DNA from: Micrococcales bacterium
GTDB taxonomy: Bacteria; Actinomycetota; Actinomycetes; Actinomycetales; Microbacteriaceae
Length of the DNA: 44,324 nucleotides
Assembly (NCBI GenBank): GCA_041303755.1
Contig: JBFYON010000035.1
Span: 1-44,324, forward strand
Direction of reading: 5' to 3'
Below the pieces are notes generated by a model. It searched no databases. It was not told the origin of the DNA and saw only the letters and a program-made list of their open reading frames with translations. Every line of letters begins with the position of its first letter. Within the stretch, counting starts at the first letter, position 1. Below are positions 1 to 10,459 of the stretch, in pieces. The translations under genes and the position numbers were made by a program.

Positions 1-503
1 AGCAAAATGTTTTCAACATCTTCACCTACGTAGCCAGCCTCAGTCAAAGCAGTTGCATCTGCAACAGCAAAAGGAACATTTAGGCGCTTTGCCAGGGTCT
101 GGGCTAGGTAAGTTTTACCGCAACCGGTTGGACCCATCATTAAAATGTTTGACTTCGCGATTTCAATTGAATCGTGATCTTTCCCAGCAGCAGTTAATGT
201 GCCGCGAGAGCGAAGTCGCTTGTAGTGGTTATAAACGGCAACCGATAGAGCCTTCTTAGCCTGGTCTTGGCCAATCACGTATTCGTCGAGGAAGCCTTTA
301 ATTTCACGAGGCTTAGGCAGGTCAATGTCTTCCACCGTCTTGGTGGCTTCACCAAGCTCCTCTTCAATGATCTCGTTGCAAAGTTCGATGCACTCGTCGC
401 AAATGTAGACGCCCGGTCCGGCAATTAGCTTGCGGACCTGCTTCTGGCTCTTTCCGCAGAAAGAGCACTTAAGTAGGTCACCTGATTCGCCGAGCTTAGT
501 CAT
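1..503 (-). CDS. clpX: ATP-dependent Clp protease ATP-binding subunit ClpX (5' part; runs off the window start)
   Basis: Manual translation from ATG at 503 gives [42 protein letters not shown] (C4 zinc finger), then GPTGCGKT (Walker A) and [20 protein letters not shown]. It lies downstream of clpP1P2. Confidence 0.97.
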   Translation of the reverse strand, partial: MTKLGESGDLLKCSFCGKSQKQVRKLIAGPGVYICDECIELCNEIIEEELGEATKTVEDIDLPKPREIKGFLDEYVIGQDQAKKALSVAVYNHYKRLRSRGTLTAAGKDHDSIEIAKSNILMMGPTGCGKTYLAQTLAKRLNVPFAVADATALTEAGYVGEDVENIL

Positions 504-524
504 GTAAAAACCTTATGCTCAGAA

Positions 525-563
525 TGCAAAAAAGCGGATGAGCCTCGCCCATCCGCTTTTGCA
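525..563 (-). terminator. Intrinsic terminator after clpP2
   Basis: Minus-strand stem AAAAGCGGATG...CATCCGCTTTT, with a T6 run, between clpP2 and clpX. Confidence 0.7.
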
Positions 564-580
564 AGCCTTTTTGTTTGTCT

Positions 581-1228
581 TTACTGTGCGTTCTTGCGCG
601 AGGTCAAAACCTGGTCAATTAGGCCATAATCCAGAGCCTCCGCCGCTGTAAGAATCTTGTCTCTGTCAATGTCCTTGTTTACTTCTTCAACGGTGCGCTT
701 GGTGTGCTTAGACAAGGTTGACTCCAACCATTCGCGAAGACGCATGATTTCTTTAGCCTGAATCTCAATGTCTGAAGCCTGACCACGGCCTGAATCACCT
801 GATGAAGGCTGGTGAATCAGAACACGGGCGTTTGGCAATGCCAAACGCTTACCTGGGGCTCCCGCCGCCAATAGAACTGCTGCAGCGGAAGCCGCCTGCC
901 CAAGACAAACAGTTTGAATCTGCGGACGGATGTACTGCATGGTGTCGTAAATTGCGGTCATGGCGGTGAATGATCCGCCTGGAGAGTTGATATACATAGT
1001 GATGTCGCGGTCTGGGTCCTGAGACTCAAGAACCAACAACTGCGCCATAACGTCATCTGCAGATGCGTCATCAACCTGCACACCTAGAAAAACAATGCGG
1101 TCCTCGAACAGCTTGTTATAAGGGTCTTGACGCTTGAAGCCATAAGAGGTTCTCTCTTCAAAAGTCGGCAGAATGTAGCGGGATTCAGGGCTCTGAAATA
1201 CGTTTGGCGTTGAGTTTGAGAAGTTCAT
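581..1228 (-). CDS. clpP2: ATP-dependent Clp protease proteolytic subunit ClpP2
   Basis: Motifs [27 protein letters not shown] and RVLIHQP. Start moved to ATG 1228 (MNFSN) because the longer ORF overlaps clpP1. Confidence 0.93.
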   Translation of the reverse strand: MNFSNSTPNVFQSPESRYILPTFEERTSYGFKRQDPYNKLFEDRIVFLGVQVDDASADDVMAQLLVLESQDPDRDITMYINSPGGSFTAMTAIYDTMQYIRPQIQTVCLGQAASAAAVLLAAGAPGKRLALPNARVLIHQPSSGDSGRGQASDIEIQAKEIMRLREWLESTLSKHTKRTVEEVNKDIDRDKILTAAEALDYGLIDQVLTSRKNAQ

Positions 1229-1241
1229 CGGTGTTGGCCCC

Positions 1242-1823
1242 TTAATTCTTTCCAACGCCGGTGGCGCTAGCTGCGTACTTCTGGATGTGGTCAATAAATC
1301 CGTATTCAAGGGCCTCTTCGGCGCTGAACCAACGGTCACGGTCACCGTCGGCCATGATCTGGTCAACGGTCTTTCCCGTTTGCTCTGCAGTAATTGCAGC
1401 AAGCTGGCGCTTCATTGACATGATTAGTTCCGCCTGAGTCTGAATGTCTGAAGCAGTTCCACCAAAACCACCGTGTGGCTGGTGCAGTAGCACTCGGGTA
1501 TTTGGGGTGGCGTAACGCTTGCCCTTTGTACCTGAAGACAGCAAGAACTGACCCATAGATGCGCACATACCAATGCCAACAGTGACGATGTCATTTGGCA
1601 CGTACTGCATGGTGTCGTAAATTGCCATACCAGCGGTGATTGAACCACCTGGAGAATTTATATAAAGGTAAATGTCTTTTTGAGAGTCCTCGGCTGCCAA
1701 CAGCAGAATCTTGGCGCAAATTTCGTTTGCCATGTCATCTCTGACTTCAGTTCCCAGCCAGATAATTCGATCCTTTAGCAGGCGGTCGAACGTGCTACTT
1801 GGGCCTTTTGGTTGATCAGCCAT
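1242..1823 (-). CDS. clpP1: ATP-dependent Clp protease proteolytic subunit ClpP1
   Basis: Motifs [25 protein letters not shown] and DRDRWF. First gene of the tandem actinobacterial clpP pair. Confidence 0.95.
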   Translation of the reverse strand: MADQPKGPSSTFDRLLKDRIIWLGTEVRDDMANEICAKILLLAAEDSQKDIYLYINSPGGSITAGMAIYDTMQYVPNDIVTVGIGMCASMGQFLLSSGTKGKRYATPNTRVLLHQPHGGFGGTASDIQTQAELIMSMKRQLAAITAEQTGKTVDQIMADGDRDRWFSAEEALEYGFIDHIQKYAASATGVGKN

Positions 1824-1890
1824 CGAAGTACTCCTATTTCTTGTGGTTGCCTGTCAAAGATAACCTCCAAGGACACAAAAACGATGGCGT

Positions 1891-1907
1891 GTTCGCCCGT
1901 GGCTAAA
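1891..1907. promoter_or_regulatory. Candidate ClgR-type activator site upstream of clpP1
   Basis: GTTCGC-CCGTG-GCTAAA is an imperfect palindrome resembling the actinobacterial ClgR motif (GTTCGC-N5-GCG), with one mismatch, about 70 bp upstream of clpP1. Confidence 0.45.
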
Positions 1908-1909
1908 GC

Positions 1910-1937
1910 GAAAACCCCGCCAATTGACGGGGTTTTC
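1910..1937 (-). terminator. Hairpin/terminator after tig
   Basis: Inverted repeat GAAAACCCCG...CGGGGTTTTC, 16 bp past the tig stop. Confidence 0.65.
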
Positions 1938-1953
1938 ATAAATTTTGATTCGA

Positions 1954-3273
1954 TTAGTCGTGGTCGTGACCAGCGTGGTCATCCGCAACCGAACCTGCAT
2001 CTAGCTTGGTGAATTCGCTAAGGTCTACTTTCTTGCCCTTAGAGTCAGATACTTCAGCCGCTCCAACAACAATCGATAGAGCTTTGCGGCGAGATACCTC
2101 AGCCACAAACATCGGCACCTGGCCCTGTTCGCTGACAATCTTGATGAATTCGTTTGGAGCCATTCCATACTGCTGTGAGCTCTGAACTAGATACTGAATT
2201 AGTTCTTGCTCGTCAACCTTGATTTCTTCTTTTTCTGCAATCGCATCAAGAAGCATCTGCACCTTGAATGATCGAGTGCTCTGCTCTAGAACCTCGGCAC
2301 GGTGCTTGTCGTCTTCTAGGCGCCCCTCACCTTCCAAGTGACGATTAACGTCAGCATTCACGATTTCTTCAGATACCGGAACAGTGATCAGTTCAAGCAA
2401 CTGATCGGTCAATAGATCGCGAGCCTGAACCCCTTGGCCATAGCCTTTAGATTTCTCAATCTGCTTCTCTAGGTCATCCTTCAATTCCTTGATGGTGTCG
2501 AACTCAGATGCAAGTTGGGCAAATTTATCGTCGGCAGCTGGTAGTTCGCGCTCTTTTACGGCTGTTAGCTTGACCGAAATTTCGGCCTCTTGTCCAGCTT
2601 TTTCGCCGCCAACAAGCTTTGACTTGAAAGTAGTTTCTTCGCCTGCAGTTAGAGTGTCCAAAGCTTCATCGATACCGTCTAGAAGATTTCCAGATCCAAT
2701 CTCATAAGAGATGTTTTCTGCAGAGTCGATGGTTTTTCCATCTAGAACCGCTGTTAGGTCGATAGTTGTGAAATCACCCTTCTTGGCTGGGCGATCGACT
2801 GACTTCAAGCTTCCAAAACGTGAGCGAAGTGCGTCAAGCTCTGCCTCTAGCTCTTTTGCGTCGACCTTTACATCATCAACTTTTACCTTTAGTCCTTTGT
2901 ATTCCTTAAGGGAAATCTCTGGACGTACCTCTACTTCAATTTCAACAATCAAATTTCCAGCAAAGGTCTTTTCGTCAGGGCTCTGCTTTACATCTGCAGC
3001 TGGCTGGCCTAGTGGGCGAAGTTTTGATTCCTCTAGCGCCTCGCGGTAAATGGTGTCTAGCCCATCATTGATGGCGTGAGCCAAAATTGCCGGGCGACCA
3101 ACGCGCTGATCCAGAATTGCGGAAGGAATTTTTCCCTTGCGGAATCCAGGAATATTTACAGTCTCTGCAATGTGCTCGTAAGCATGATCAATGCTTGGGC
3201 GAAACTCTTCTGGAGTTACCTCGATGGTCAGCTTTGCGCGAGTTGGCTTAATACGTTCTACTGCAGTTTTCAA
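1954..3273 (-). CDS. tig: Trigger factor
   Basis: Ribosome-binding signature IPGFRKGK and an FKBP-like middle domain; canonical tig-clpP-clpX order. Confidence 0.97.
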   Translation of the reverse strand: MKTAVERIKPTRAKLTIEVTPEEFRPSIDHAYEHIAETVNIPGFRKGKIPSAILDQRVGRPAILAHAINDGLDTIYREALEESKLRPLGQPAADVKQSPDEKTFAGNLIVEIEVEVRPEISLKEYKGLKVKVDDVKVDAKELEAELDALRSRFGSLKSVDRPAKKGDFTTIDLTAVLDGKTIDSAENISYEIGSGNLLDGIDEALDTLTAGEETTFKSKLVGGEKAGQEAEISVKLTAVKERELPAADDKFAQLASEFDTIKELKDDLEKQIEKSKGYGQGVQARDLLTDQLLELITVPVSEEIVNADVNRHLEGEGRLEDDKHRAEVLEQSTRSFKVQMLLDAIAEKEEIKVDEQELIQYLVQSSQQYGMAPNEFIKIVSEQGQVPMFVAEVSRRKALSIVVGAAEVSDSKGKKVDLSEFTKLDAGSVADDHAGHDHD

Positions 3274-3287
3274 GGGCTCTTCCTCTG

Positions 3288-3320
3288 AAAAGGGCCCGCC
3301 TCCCCCAAGGAAGACGAGCC
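3288..3320 (-). terminator. Hairpin between tRNA-Pro and tig (terminator or processing stem)
   Basis: Minus strand GGCUCGUCUUCC pairs with GGGAGGCGGGCC using G-U pairs and is followed by CUUUU. Confidence 0.5.
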
Positions 3321-3337
3321 AGTTTTATTTCACAAAT

Positions 3338-3413
3338 TGGTCGGGGTGACAGGACTCGAACCTGCGATATCCTGCTCCCAAAGCAGGCGCGCTAGCCACT
3401 ACGCTACACCCCG
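3338..3413 (-). tRNA. tRNA-Pro(UGG)
   Basis: CGGGGTGTAGCGTAGTGGCTAGCGCGCCTGCT-TTGGG-AGCAGG...GGTTCGAGTCC...CACCCCGACCA; cloverleaf, anticodon TGG, encoded CCA. Confidence 0.97.
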
Positions 3414-3494
3414 GTTGTTTGAACAACCTCGGTAATTCTATCCCATAGAATGGAGGGGTTGAGTCGGTTTTTTAGAAAAATCAGACCAATACCC

Positions 3495-3568
3495 GCGGGC
3501 GTAGCTCAATGGTAGAGCCTCAGTCTTCCAAACTGATGGTGCGGGTTCGATTCCCGTCGCCCGCTCCA
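3495..3568 (+). tRNA. tRNA-Gly(UCC)
   Basis: GCGGGCGTAGCTCAATGGTAGAGC...CT-TCC-AA...GGTTCGATTCCCGTCGCCCGCTCCA. Confidence 0.97.
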
Positions 3569-3578
3569 ATAATCAAAA

Positions 3579-4376
3579 TTAGCTCTGGCATTCAACACAC
3601 CAGTAGAGCTTTCTCGTGGCCATAATCTCAATTGAGATATTCGTACCGCAGATGCGACACGGCAATCCCTCCCGCTTGTAGACAAAATTGCGTTCTGACT
3701 TAGTTGGTTTTTTCTTTCTCAATTCATCCCTGGTAATCATGAAACCCGTTGCCACGCCGACCTTCATTAGGTCAACTGCATCCGACCAAATTTCACCTAA
3801 CTGCTCCGAGGAGAGTGAACTGCCCGGGCGATGCGGACTGATTCCCGCTCTAAATAAAATCTCCGCACGATACACATTCCCAATACCGCTGATAACTTCT
3901 TGATTCATAAGAAGCAAACCGATTGGGGTCTTTGTGCGTTGCACTCTCTCGATAAATCGGTCTGATTCTTTGTTTTTTGGGTTTGGATTCAATGGATCGG
4001 GCCCAAGGCGTTTCTCAATTGCTTTTACAGATTCCTTAGCTATCACTTCGCACACGGTTGGCCCCCGAAGGTCCGCAAAGTGGTCTGCACCAATAAACCT
4101 GGCCCTCACCTGACCAAAAGGCTCAGGAAGGCTTTCTTCATAGGCCTGAAAATTCCACTTCCCGTAAATACCCAAATGAATTCTGACCGTGAGGTCATTG
4201 GTGAAATCAAGAAATAGCTGCTTGCCAATGGCTCGAGCTAATTTGAGTTCGACTCCGGACACAAGTTTGGCTTCCGTCGCGAATCTTCCCTGAGGGGAAA
4301 CAATCTGCAGCTTTTGACCTTTGAAAAGTCGATTGAAATCATTAGCCGTTCTCTGAACGGTATGGCCCTCAGGCAC
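3579..4376 (-). CDS. nei: Fpg/Nei family DNA glycosylase (endonuclease VIII-like)
   Basis: N-terminal MPEGH, IHLG, H2TH motif GIGNVYRAEILF and a C-terminal zinc finger CRIC...CVEC. Confidence 0.92.
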   Translation of the reverse strand: MPEGHTVQRTANDFNRLFKGQKLQIVSPQGRFATEAKLVSGVELKLARAIGKQLFLDFTNDLTVRIHLGIYGKWNFQAYEESLPEPFGQVRARFIGADHFADLRGPTVCEVIAKESVKAIEKRLGPDPLNPNPKNKESDRFIERVQRTKTPIGLLLMNQEVISGIGNVYRAEILFRAGISPHRPGSSLSSEQLGEIWSDAVDLMKVGVATGFMITRDELRKKKPTKSERNFVYKREGLPCRICGTNISIEIMATRKLYWCVECQS

Positions 4377-4378
4377 TA

Positions 4379-4849
4379 TTAAGCAATCTCACCGGTCTGC
4401 TCGAATGAACCAATTTTTCCGATTCGTCGCACATGACGTTCGTCATTGCTAAATGGCTCGGCAAGAAAAAGCTCAATCAAATTCAAAACTTCTTGCTGGG
4501 AATGCTGTCTGGCCCCCACTGCAATCACATTTGCGTCATTGTGCTCGCGAGCCAGCTTTGCCGTAGCTTCATTCCATGCCAGTGCCGCTCGAATGCCCTT
4601 AACTTTATTTGCCGCGATTTGCTCACCGTTGCCCGAACCGCCTAAGACAATACCCAATGCCTGGACTCCCGCTTCTTGATCCGCTACGACTGCCATCGCT
4701 GCATTTATGCAAAAACCTGGGTAGTCATCTAGCGGGTCATAGGAGCTTGGGCCATGATCAAAAACCTCGTGTCCTTGCTTGGTCAATTCTCGGATTAGAA
4801 AATGACTCAGCTCAAGGCCTGCGTGATCGGTGGCTATATGTATGCGCAT
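4379..4849 (-). CDS. rpiB: Ribose-5-phosphate isomerase B
   Basis: Motifs ATDHAG, DDYP, GGSGNGE (actinobacterial type), AREHNDAN and RHVRRI. Confidence 0.95.
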   Translation of the reverse strand: MRIHIATDHAGLELSHFLIRELTKQGHEVFDHGPSSYDPLDDYPGFCINAAMAVVADQEAGVQALGIVLGGSGNGEQIAANKVKGIRAALAWNEATAKLAREHNDANVIAVGARQHSQQEVLNLIELFLAEPFSNDERHVRRIGKIGSFEQTGEIA

Positions 4850-4858
4850 AACTAAAGT

Positions 4859-6052
4859 TTATGACTTCTTTTTGGCTCGAGCTTTTTCGAAACTGCTTCT
4901 GAAGTATCTGAGTGCTATTGAAGCCGCAATTGAAGTAATCAAAACGTAAGTGATGGTTAGGGCCTGCAGTTGACCACCAAAGGCAGTGCCCGCAGCCAGG
5001 CCTGCTATAACAATCGAGAACTCTCCCCTAGGAATAAGGAACGCTCCCGCACGTTTCCAGGCGTTGCCATCAGACATATCTCTAGCAATATTCCATCCCA
5101 CAAACATTTTTCCTGCCACGCCAAGAACTGCAAGAAATATTGCAAGCGGAAGAACGGAAATCATTTCAGAAGGGGCAACGCTAAGGCCAAAGAAAAGAAA
5201 AAATATGGCGGCAAAAAGATCCCTAAGCGGTGCCAATCTGAGCCTGACGGCAAAAGCAACTTCACCAGTTAGCGCCAGCCCTACCAAGAACGCGGCAACG
5301 GCTGAAGAGAAACCAATCAGTTCTGCAGATCCTGCTGCAAATAGGGCGGCTCCAAAAACGGTTAGCAACAACCCACCCTGAGCTTGAGTGTTCAGAACCT
5401 TGCCAAGAGCGTTCTCACCTTTGAAAGCCAACAAGAGGGCAAGTCCGGTTACCAAAATAGCGACTGCAACCGAAAGGAAACCAGCAATCGCACCTGAACC
5501 CGCGACCAGGGTGGTTAGCAATGGAAGATAGGGTGCGAGCATTAGGTCTTCAATAACTAAGACGGTAGTAACTCTGCGAGAAACCTCAGACCTTTGCCAG
5601 CCCGTCTCTTTCATCATTTGAGACGCGATACCGGAGGAGCTTACATATGTGATACCTCCCAGAACGATTGCACCCAGAACTCCCCAGCCCAGCAGAAAGC
5701 CAATAATTGCTCCGGGAATTGCGTTTACGGCAAAGTCAATGGCGCCCACTGATTTGCGCTCCAGAAACCCTGAAGCCAGGTCTGGCCCTGAGTGCTCAAG
5801 GCCCAGCATAAGAAGGAGCAAAATTGCACCTAATTGGGCGCCGGTATTGAGAAAGGATTCACTCAGGTCTAGTGGGAAAAGCCCGCCCTTACCCAGCGCG
5901 AGACCAATAAGAAGGTAAAACGGGACAACTGAAACCTTGATTCGAACTGCTACAAAAGCCGCAACGCCTAAAACCAGCAAGAGGGCGCCGATTTCTGCCA
6001 GCGCAAGACTTTGGGTGACTGTTGCTGTAGTTGCTGTATTCCAATTACCCAT
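4859..6052 (-). CDS. Cation:proton antiporter (CPA2 family)
   Basis: Many hydrophobic segments; motifs SSSGI, LVIED and PRGEFS. Start set at ATG 6052 to avoid overlap with pepN; a GATAAT -10-like hexamer lies 6 nt upstream. Confidence 0.85.
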   Translation of the reverse strand: MGNWNTATTATVTQSLALAEIGALLLVLGVAAFVAVRIKVSVVPFYLLIGLALGKGGLFPLDLSESFLNTGAQLGAILLLLMLGLEHSGPDLASGFLERKSVGAIDFAVNAIPGAIIGFLLGWGVLGAIVLGGITYVSSSGIASQMMKETGWQRSEVSRRVTTVLVIEDLMLAPYLPLLTTLVAGSGAIAGFLSVAVAILVTGLALLLAFKGENALGKVLNTQAQGGLLLTVFGAALFAAGSAELIGFSSAVAAFLVGLALTGEVAFAVRLRLAPLRDLFAAIFFLFFGLSVAPSEMISVLPLAIFLAVLGVAGKMFVGWNIARDMSDGNAWKRAGAFLIPRGEFSIVIAGLAAGTAFGGQLQALTITYVLITSIAASIALRYFRSSFEKARAKKKS

Positions 6053-6122
6053 ATCACGATTATCCCCCACTTTTACAGGGATTAGGCTAGCGATGACCAA
6101 CCATTGATAAATCGGAGAACTC

Positions 6123-8675
6123 ATGCCTGGAGAAAACCTAACCAGAATCGAAGCCAAAGAAAGAGCTGGAAAAGTAAGCGATCTTCGCTACGAAGTATTG
6201 CTTGACCTAACCTCCGACGAAAAGACTTTCCTTTCCAAAACACGCGTCTTCTTTAGTTCACCAACCTCAGGTGCCGATACCTTCATTGATGCAATAACCA
6301 ACTCAGTTCAGAAAGTTGTTTTCAACGGTGTGGAGCTAGACGTGGCTAAGGTTTCCGACGGCGTACGCATTCAACTGGAAAATCTTGCAGCAACTAATGA
6401 GCTTTTGATTGAATCAACTGCTAACTACATGAACACTGGTGAAGGCCTGCACCGATTTGTTGACCCAGTTGATAATGAGGTCTATCTCTACAGCCAATTT
6501 GAGGTCCCGGACTCTAGAAGAGTCTTTGCTGTTTTCGAGCAACCTGACCTTAAAGCCACGTTCAAGTTTTCGATTATTGCGCCTTCGTACTGGAAGGTTG
6601 TCTCAAACCAGCCAAGCCCGGAACCAAGCCCGATGGATGACAAAAAATCTATATGGGAATTTGCGCCAACCCCAATTATTTCCAGCTACATAACCGCGCT
6701 GATTGCCGGGCCTTATGTGGAGACTCGTAGCGAACTAACTAGCTCAAATGGAAAAGTCATTCCGCTTGGTGTGTTTAGTCGAGCATCTCTATCGGAGTTT
6801 ATGGATGCCGACTATGTCTTTGAAAAGACGAGACAAGGGTTTGAGTTTTTCGAGAAAGCCTTCGACCAGCCTTATCCGTTCGAGAAGTATGACCAACTAT
6901 TTGTACCCGAATTCAATGCTGGAGCAATGGAAAACGCGGGAGCCGTAACTTTCACCGAGAGCTATGTATTTAGATCAAAAGTCACCGATGCAATTAAAGA
7001 GCGCCGAGTCGTAACGATTTTGCACGAACTTGCTCACATGTGGTTTGGCGATCTAGTTACCATGAAGTGGTGGAACGACCTTTGGCTTAACGAATCATTT
7101 GCCGAATATGCATCAACACTTGCAACTGCTGAGGCTACAGAGTGGCACGGTGCCTGGACTACTTTTACCGCCCTCGAAAAATCTTGGGCATATCGTCAAG
7201 ATCAACTGCCTTCTACTCACCCAATAGTTGCAGAGATCAACGATCTCGAAGACGTACTAGTTAATTTTGACGGAATCACATATGCAAAGGGTGCTTCAGT
7301 TCTAAAGCAATTAGTTGCCTGGGTAGGTCAAGAACAGTTCCTTGCAGGAGTGGCTAGTTACTTTAAGAAGCACGCCTACAAGAACACGGAACTAAATGAC
7401 CTGCTGGTTGAACTTGAGGCTACCTCGGGTCGCGAACTACGTAGTTGGTCAAAACTTTGGCTTGAGACTGCAGGAGTCAACACTTTGCGACCAGAAATAG
7501 AAACAGACTCGGCTGGTCTCATAACCAAATTTGCAGTAGCTCAAACAGCCATCGCCGAATATCCGACCTTGCGACCTCACCGCATGGCAATTGGTTTCTA
7601 CAACACTGTGGATTCAAAGCTCAAGCGAGTCCACCGTATCGAGACAGATATTGATGGCGCGCTCACAGATATCCCTGAACTTGTAGGGCTGCAACGACCA
7701 GAACTAATTTTGTTAAACGATGATGATCTTGCTTACGCAAAGATTCGTCTAGATGAAAAGTCATGGAATACCGCGTTAGATGGGCTCTCAAAGTTTGATG
7801 ACTCACTAGCGCGTACCTTGATTTGGGGTGCTGCCTGGGACTCAACCCGTGACGCAGAAGCTAAGCCTCGTGACTTTGTGAAGTTGGTGCTAAACAACAT
7901 TGCTTCGGAGACAGAGTCAACAACCATGCTGACCTTACTTCGCCAACTTGTGACCACATCAAACTTCTACGTTTCGCCGGCAAATCGCGAAAGCGTCACA
8001 GCAGAAATTGGCACAGCTCTTCTTGATCTGGCAAACAAAGCTACTGCAGGCTCAGATGCTCAACTGCAATTCGTGAAGTTCTTTGCAGTTTTCGCAAACA
8101 CTCCTGAGCTGCTCGATGAATTACATCAATTGCTAAATGGCAATAAGAAACTCCCTGGATTAGAAATTGATGCCGATTTGAGCTGGGAATTGCTGACCGG
8201 ATTGGTAGTAGGCGGTCGTGCCGGAACAGCCGAGATTGATGCGGCATTAGCCAAAGACAACACCTCAAATGGACAAAAGGCTGCAGCTGGGGCGCGGGCG
8301 GCTATACCAACCCAAGCCGCAAAGCAAGCAGCCTGGAACACGCTGACCAATACACACGACTTATCAAATACGTTGGTCGATGCGGCGAGCTTAGGTTTTG
8401 TTCGCGTGCCAGATCCGGAATTACTGAGCCCTTATGTCGACCAGTATTTTGAAAATGCAGTGCGCATTTGGAATGAAAACACTTTCAAGATTGCGGAGTA
8501 CCTTCTTGAAAACCTCTACCCGTTGCCGCTTGCTAGTGATTCACTAGCAGCCAAGACTCGCTCGTGGATCGACAACTCAGAAATTAAAGAAATACCGGCA
8601 CTCCGCCGCATTCTTGTTGAGGCACTTTCAAATGTAGAACGATCACTCAGCGCTCAACAAAAAGATCAACAGTAA
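6123..8675 (+). CDS. pepN: Aminopeptidase N (M1 family)
   Basis: GAMEN exopeptidase motif and HELAH...E zinc motif; N-terminus MPGENLTR is typical of actinobacterial PepN. Confidence 0.97.
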   Translation: MPGENLTRIEAKERAGKVSDLRYEVLLDLTSDEKTFLSKTRVFFSSPTSGADTFIDAITNSVQKVVFNGVELDVAKVSDGVRIQLENLAATNELLIESTANYMNTGEGLHRFVDPVDNEVYLYSQFEVPDSRRVFAVFEQPDLKATFKFSIIAPSYWKVVSNQPSPEPSPMDDKKSIWEFAPTPIISSYITALIAGPYVETRSELTSSNGKVIPLGVFSRASLSEFMDADYVFEKTRQGFEFFEKAFDQPYPFEKYDQLFVPEFNAGAMENAGAVTFTESYVFRSKVTDAIKERRVVTILHELAHMWFGDLVTMKWWNDLWLNESFAEYASTLATAEATEWHGAWTTFTALEKSWAYRQDQLPSTHPIVAEINDLEDVLVNFDGITYAKGASVLKQLVAWVGQEQFLAGVASYFKKHAYKNTELNDLLVELEATSGRELRSWSKLWLETAGVNTLRPEIETDSAGLITKFAVAQTAIAEYPTLRPHRMAIGFYNTVDSKLKRVHRIETDIDGALTDIPELVGLQRPELILLNDDDLAYAKIRLDEKSWNTALDGLSKFDDSLARTLIWGAAWDSTRDAEAKPRDFVKLVLNNIASETESTTMLTLLRQLVTTSNFYVSPANRESVTAEIGTALLDLANKATAGSDAQLQFVKFFAVFANTPELLDELHQLLNGNKKLPGLEIDADLSWELLTGLVVGGRAGTAEIDAALAKDNTSNGQKAAAGARAAIPTQAAKQAAWNTLTNTHDLSNTLVDAASLGFVRVPDPELLSPYVDQYFENAVRIWNENTFKIAEYLLENLYPLPLASDSLAAKTRSWIDNSEIKEIPALRRILVEALSNVERSLSAQQKDQQ

Positions 8676-8684
8676 AGGTAAGGG

Positions 8685-9293
8685 TTGAACGTGGATTCAT
8701 TTGAAGTGTTTCTGGAATGGCTAAGGGTTGCCTGGCAGGATTGGTCAACACTGATTCGGATTGCGTTGATATTGATTGGAGCATTTGCCCTACGGGCATT
8801 GCTCTTGATTTCAGTTAGGCGGGTCGTAAAGGGAATCTCTACAGGCGCAAAGAAGTCAATCGGCGCGGTAGTAAGCCCAGAGCGCCTAATTCTCAGAGCC
8901 AAGACCCTGGGATCTGTTTTGAGCAATTTCATAACCTGGAGCATCTTCGTTATTGCCGGCACGATGCTGCTAAGTGAATTAGGGGTTGCTGTTGGAGCCT
9001 TGATTGCCGGAGCGGGAATCTTAGGCGCGGCTTTAGGTTTTGGAGCACAAAACATTGTGCGTGATTTGCTTTCAGGATTGTTTATCGTTTTCGAAGATCA
9101 ATATGGAATTGGTGACTCGGTAGATTTGGGTGAAGCAAGCGGAGTCGTTGAAAATGTTGGTCTTCGCATCACTCAACTTAGGGACGCCAAAGGCACGCTT
9201 TGGTATGTTCGCAACGGAGAGATTTTGCGAGTTGGAAATTCATCACACAAAAATCGTTCCGCTGTAAAAACCACTAAGAAAGCCAAAAGATAA
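8685..9293 (+). CDS. Small-conductance mechanosensitive channel family protein (short form)
   Basis: [31 protein letters not shown] and [15 protein letters not shown]...VRNG. Confidence 0.85.
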   Translation: MNVDSFEVFLEWLRVAWQDWSTLIRIALILIGAFALRALLLISVRRVVKGISTGAKKSIGAVVSPERLILRAKTLGSVLSNFITWSIFVIAGTMLLSELGVAVGALIAGAGILGAALGFGAQNIVRDLLSGLFIVFEDQYGIGDSVDLGEASGVVENVGLRITQLRDAKGTLWYVRNGEILRVGNSSHKNRSAVKTTKKAKR

Positions 9294-9294
9294 A

Positions 9295-9744
9295 TTGTCT
9301 AACGGTTTTGAAGATGCAGCCCGTGTGGAAACCGTTCGCATTAGAGGACTCGACGGAAACCCCACTGGTGGAAATTTTTATGAACTGGTGGGCGGGAAAG
9401 CAACCTTTGCCAAAATAGCCAGCAAATTTTATGAGGGCGTCGCTGAAGACGAAGTTCTTCGACCAATGTACCCGGAAGAAGATTTAGCTCCCGCTCAGGA
9501 GAGACTGCAGTTGTTTCTGGAGCAGTATTGGGGCGGCCCAAGCGAATATCAGGAATTACGCGGTCACCCACGTCTTCGTATGAGACACATGCCATTTAAG
9601 ATCAACCCGATTGCAAGAGAACATTGGCTAGCTCATATGAAAGCAGCCGTGGAATCAGTTAACTTGAGCCCACTGCACGAGGCTGAACTGTGGGCCTACC
9701 TAGAACGAGCTGCGACTGCAATGCTCAATTCATTTGAAGATTAA
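9295..9744 (+). CDS. Group II truncated hemoglobin (GlbO-like)
   Basis: [16 protein letters not shown] and [10 protein letters not shown] motifs. Confidence 0.92.
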   Translation: MSNGFEDAARVETVRIRGLDGNPTGGNFYELVGGKATFAKIASKFYEGVAEDEVLRPMYPEEDLAPAQERLQLFLEQYWGGPSEYQELRGHPRLRMRHMPFKINPIAREHWLAHMKAAVESVNLSPLHEAELWAYLERAATAMLNSFED

Positions 9745-10403
9745 AACTTAGTTGCCGCTTTAGCAAGAACGTGACCGTGGTCGCTGCTCAATCTAATCCA
9801 GCCCTCAGCTTGATATAGACCAACCTCCTCGTTCTGAGTTAAGAACCCAAGACCAGCCGCAACAAAAGCTGCGCCAGTTGGAACACGGCTCTCTAGGTCA
9901 ATTCCTCTACCCCAGATTTCGCCCCGAATTCGAGCAGCGATTGGTCCGCCCACAGATTCAGGCAGTGAAGAAGCGACCTCGGCTATTCCATCTCTTGCAA
10001 TTTGAGTGAGTCTAGATTCATTGACTGTCCCGATTGCTTCCCAGCCCTGACGCGGCGGTGATATTCCCGCCCACGGGGCTCGCTGAACCTCAACGAGTTG
10101 TATCTTGAAATCTTTTGGGCTGTCGTCTGCTAGCAAATGAGCCAGTCTCTCTTGCACCGCAGCAATTGGAACCAATACGTCGACTTCAGCAGCTTCCGTT
10201 AGCTCGCAGGTCCTGAGGCCCAAAACGGTTGGGCCCTTGTCCATTAGGTTTCCTGAATAGATTGGAGCTACGTAGGCTGCTAGCACATCACCAAAGGCGC
10301 GAAGCCTAACTAGGCCATCCGGATCCAGGCGCTTTGCTCTGAGTAGGTAGGCCTGAAGATCTTCTGCAGTCTGGCGATCGGCCAGCGAAAACGGGTTAAT
10401 CAT
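9741..10403 (-). CDS. Hypothetical protein, probably conserved in actinobacteria
   Basis: 220-aa ORF filling the gap, with a [12 protein letters not shown] segment; no function recognised. Confidence 0.75.
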   Translation of the reverse strand: MINPFSLADRQTAEDLQAYLLRAKRLDPDGLVRLRAFGDVLAAYVAPIYSGNLMDKGPTVLGLRTCELTEAAEVDVLVPIAAVQERLAHLLADDSPKDFKIQLVEVQRAPWAGISPPRQGWEAIGTVNESRLTQIARDGIAEVASSLPESVGGPIAARIRGEIWGRGIDLESRVPTGAAFVAAGLGFLTQNEEVGLYQAEGWIRLSSDHGHVLAKAATKF

Positions 10404-10459
10404 GTCTTGTCTAAACTAGCCTGAGAAAGGCAAAGTTGCCCCAAAGAATCGAGTAAATC

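Noticed and set aside
1229-1402. N-terminal extensions in the ORF track (clpP2 to 1402; also antiporter to 6157, aminotransferase from 11265, ettA to 14435, gatC to 39800, orn from 35499, mnmA to 44234)
   Set aside because: They overlap neighbouring genes, terminators or promoters and precede the family-typical N-termini, so downstream starts were used.
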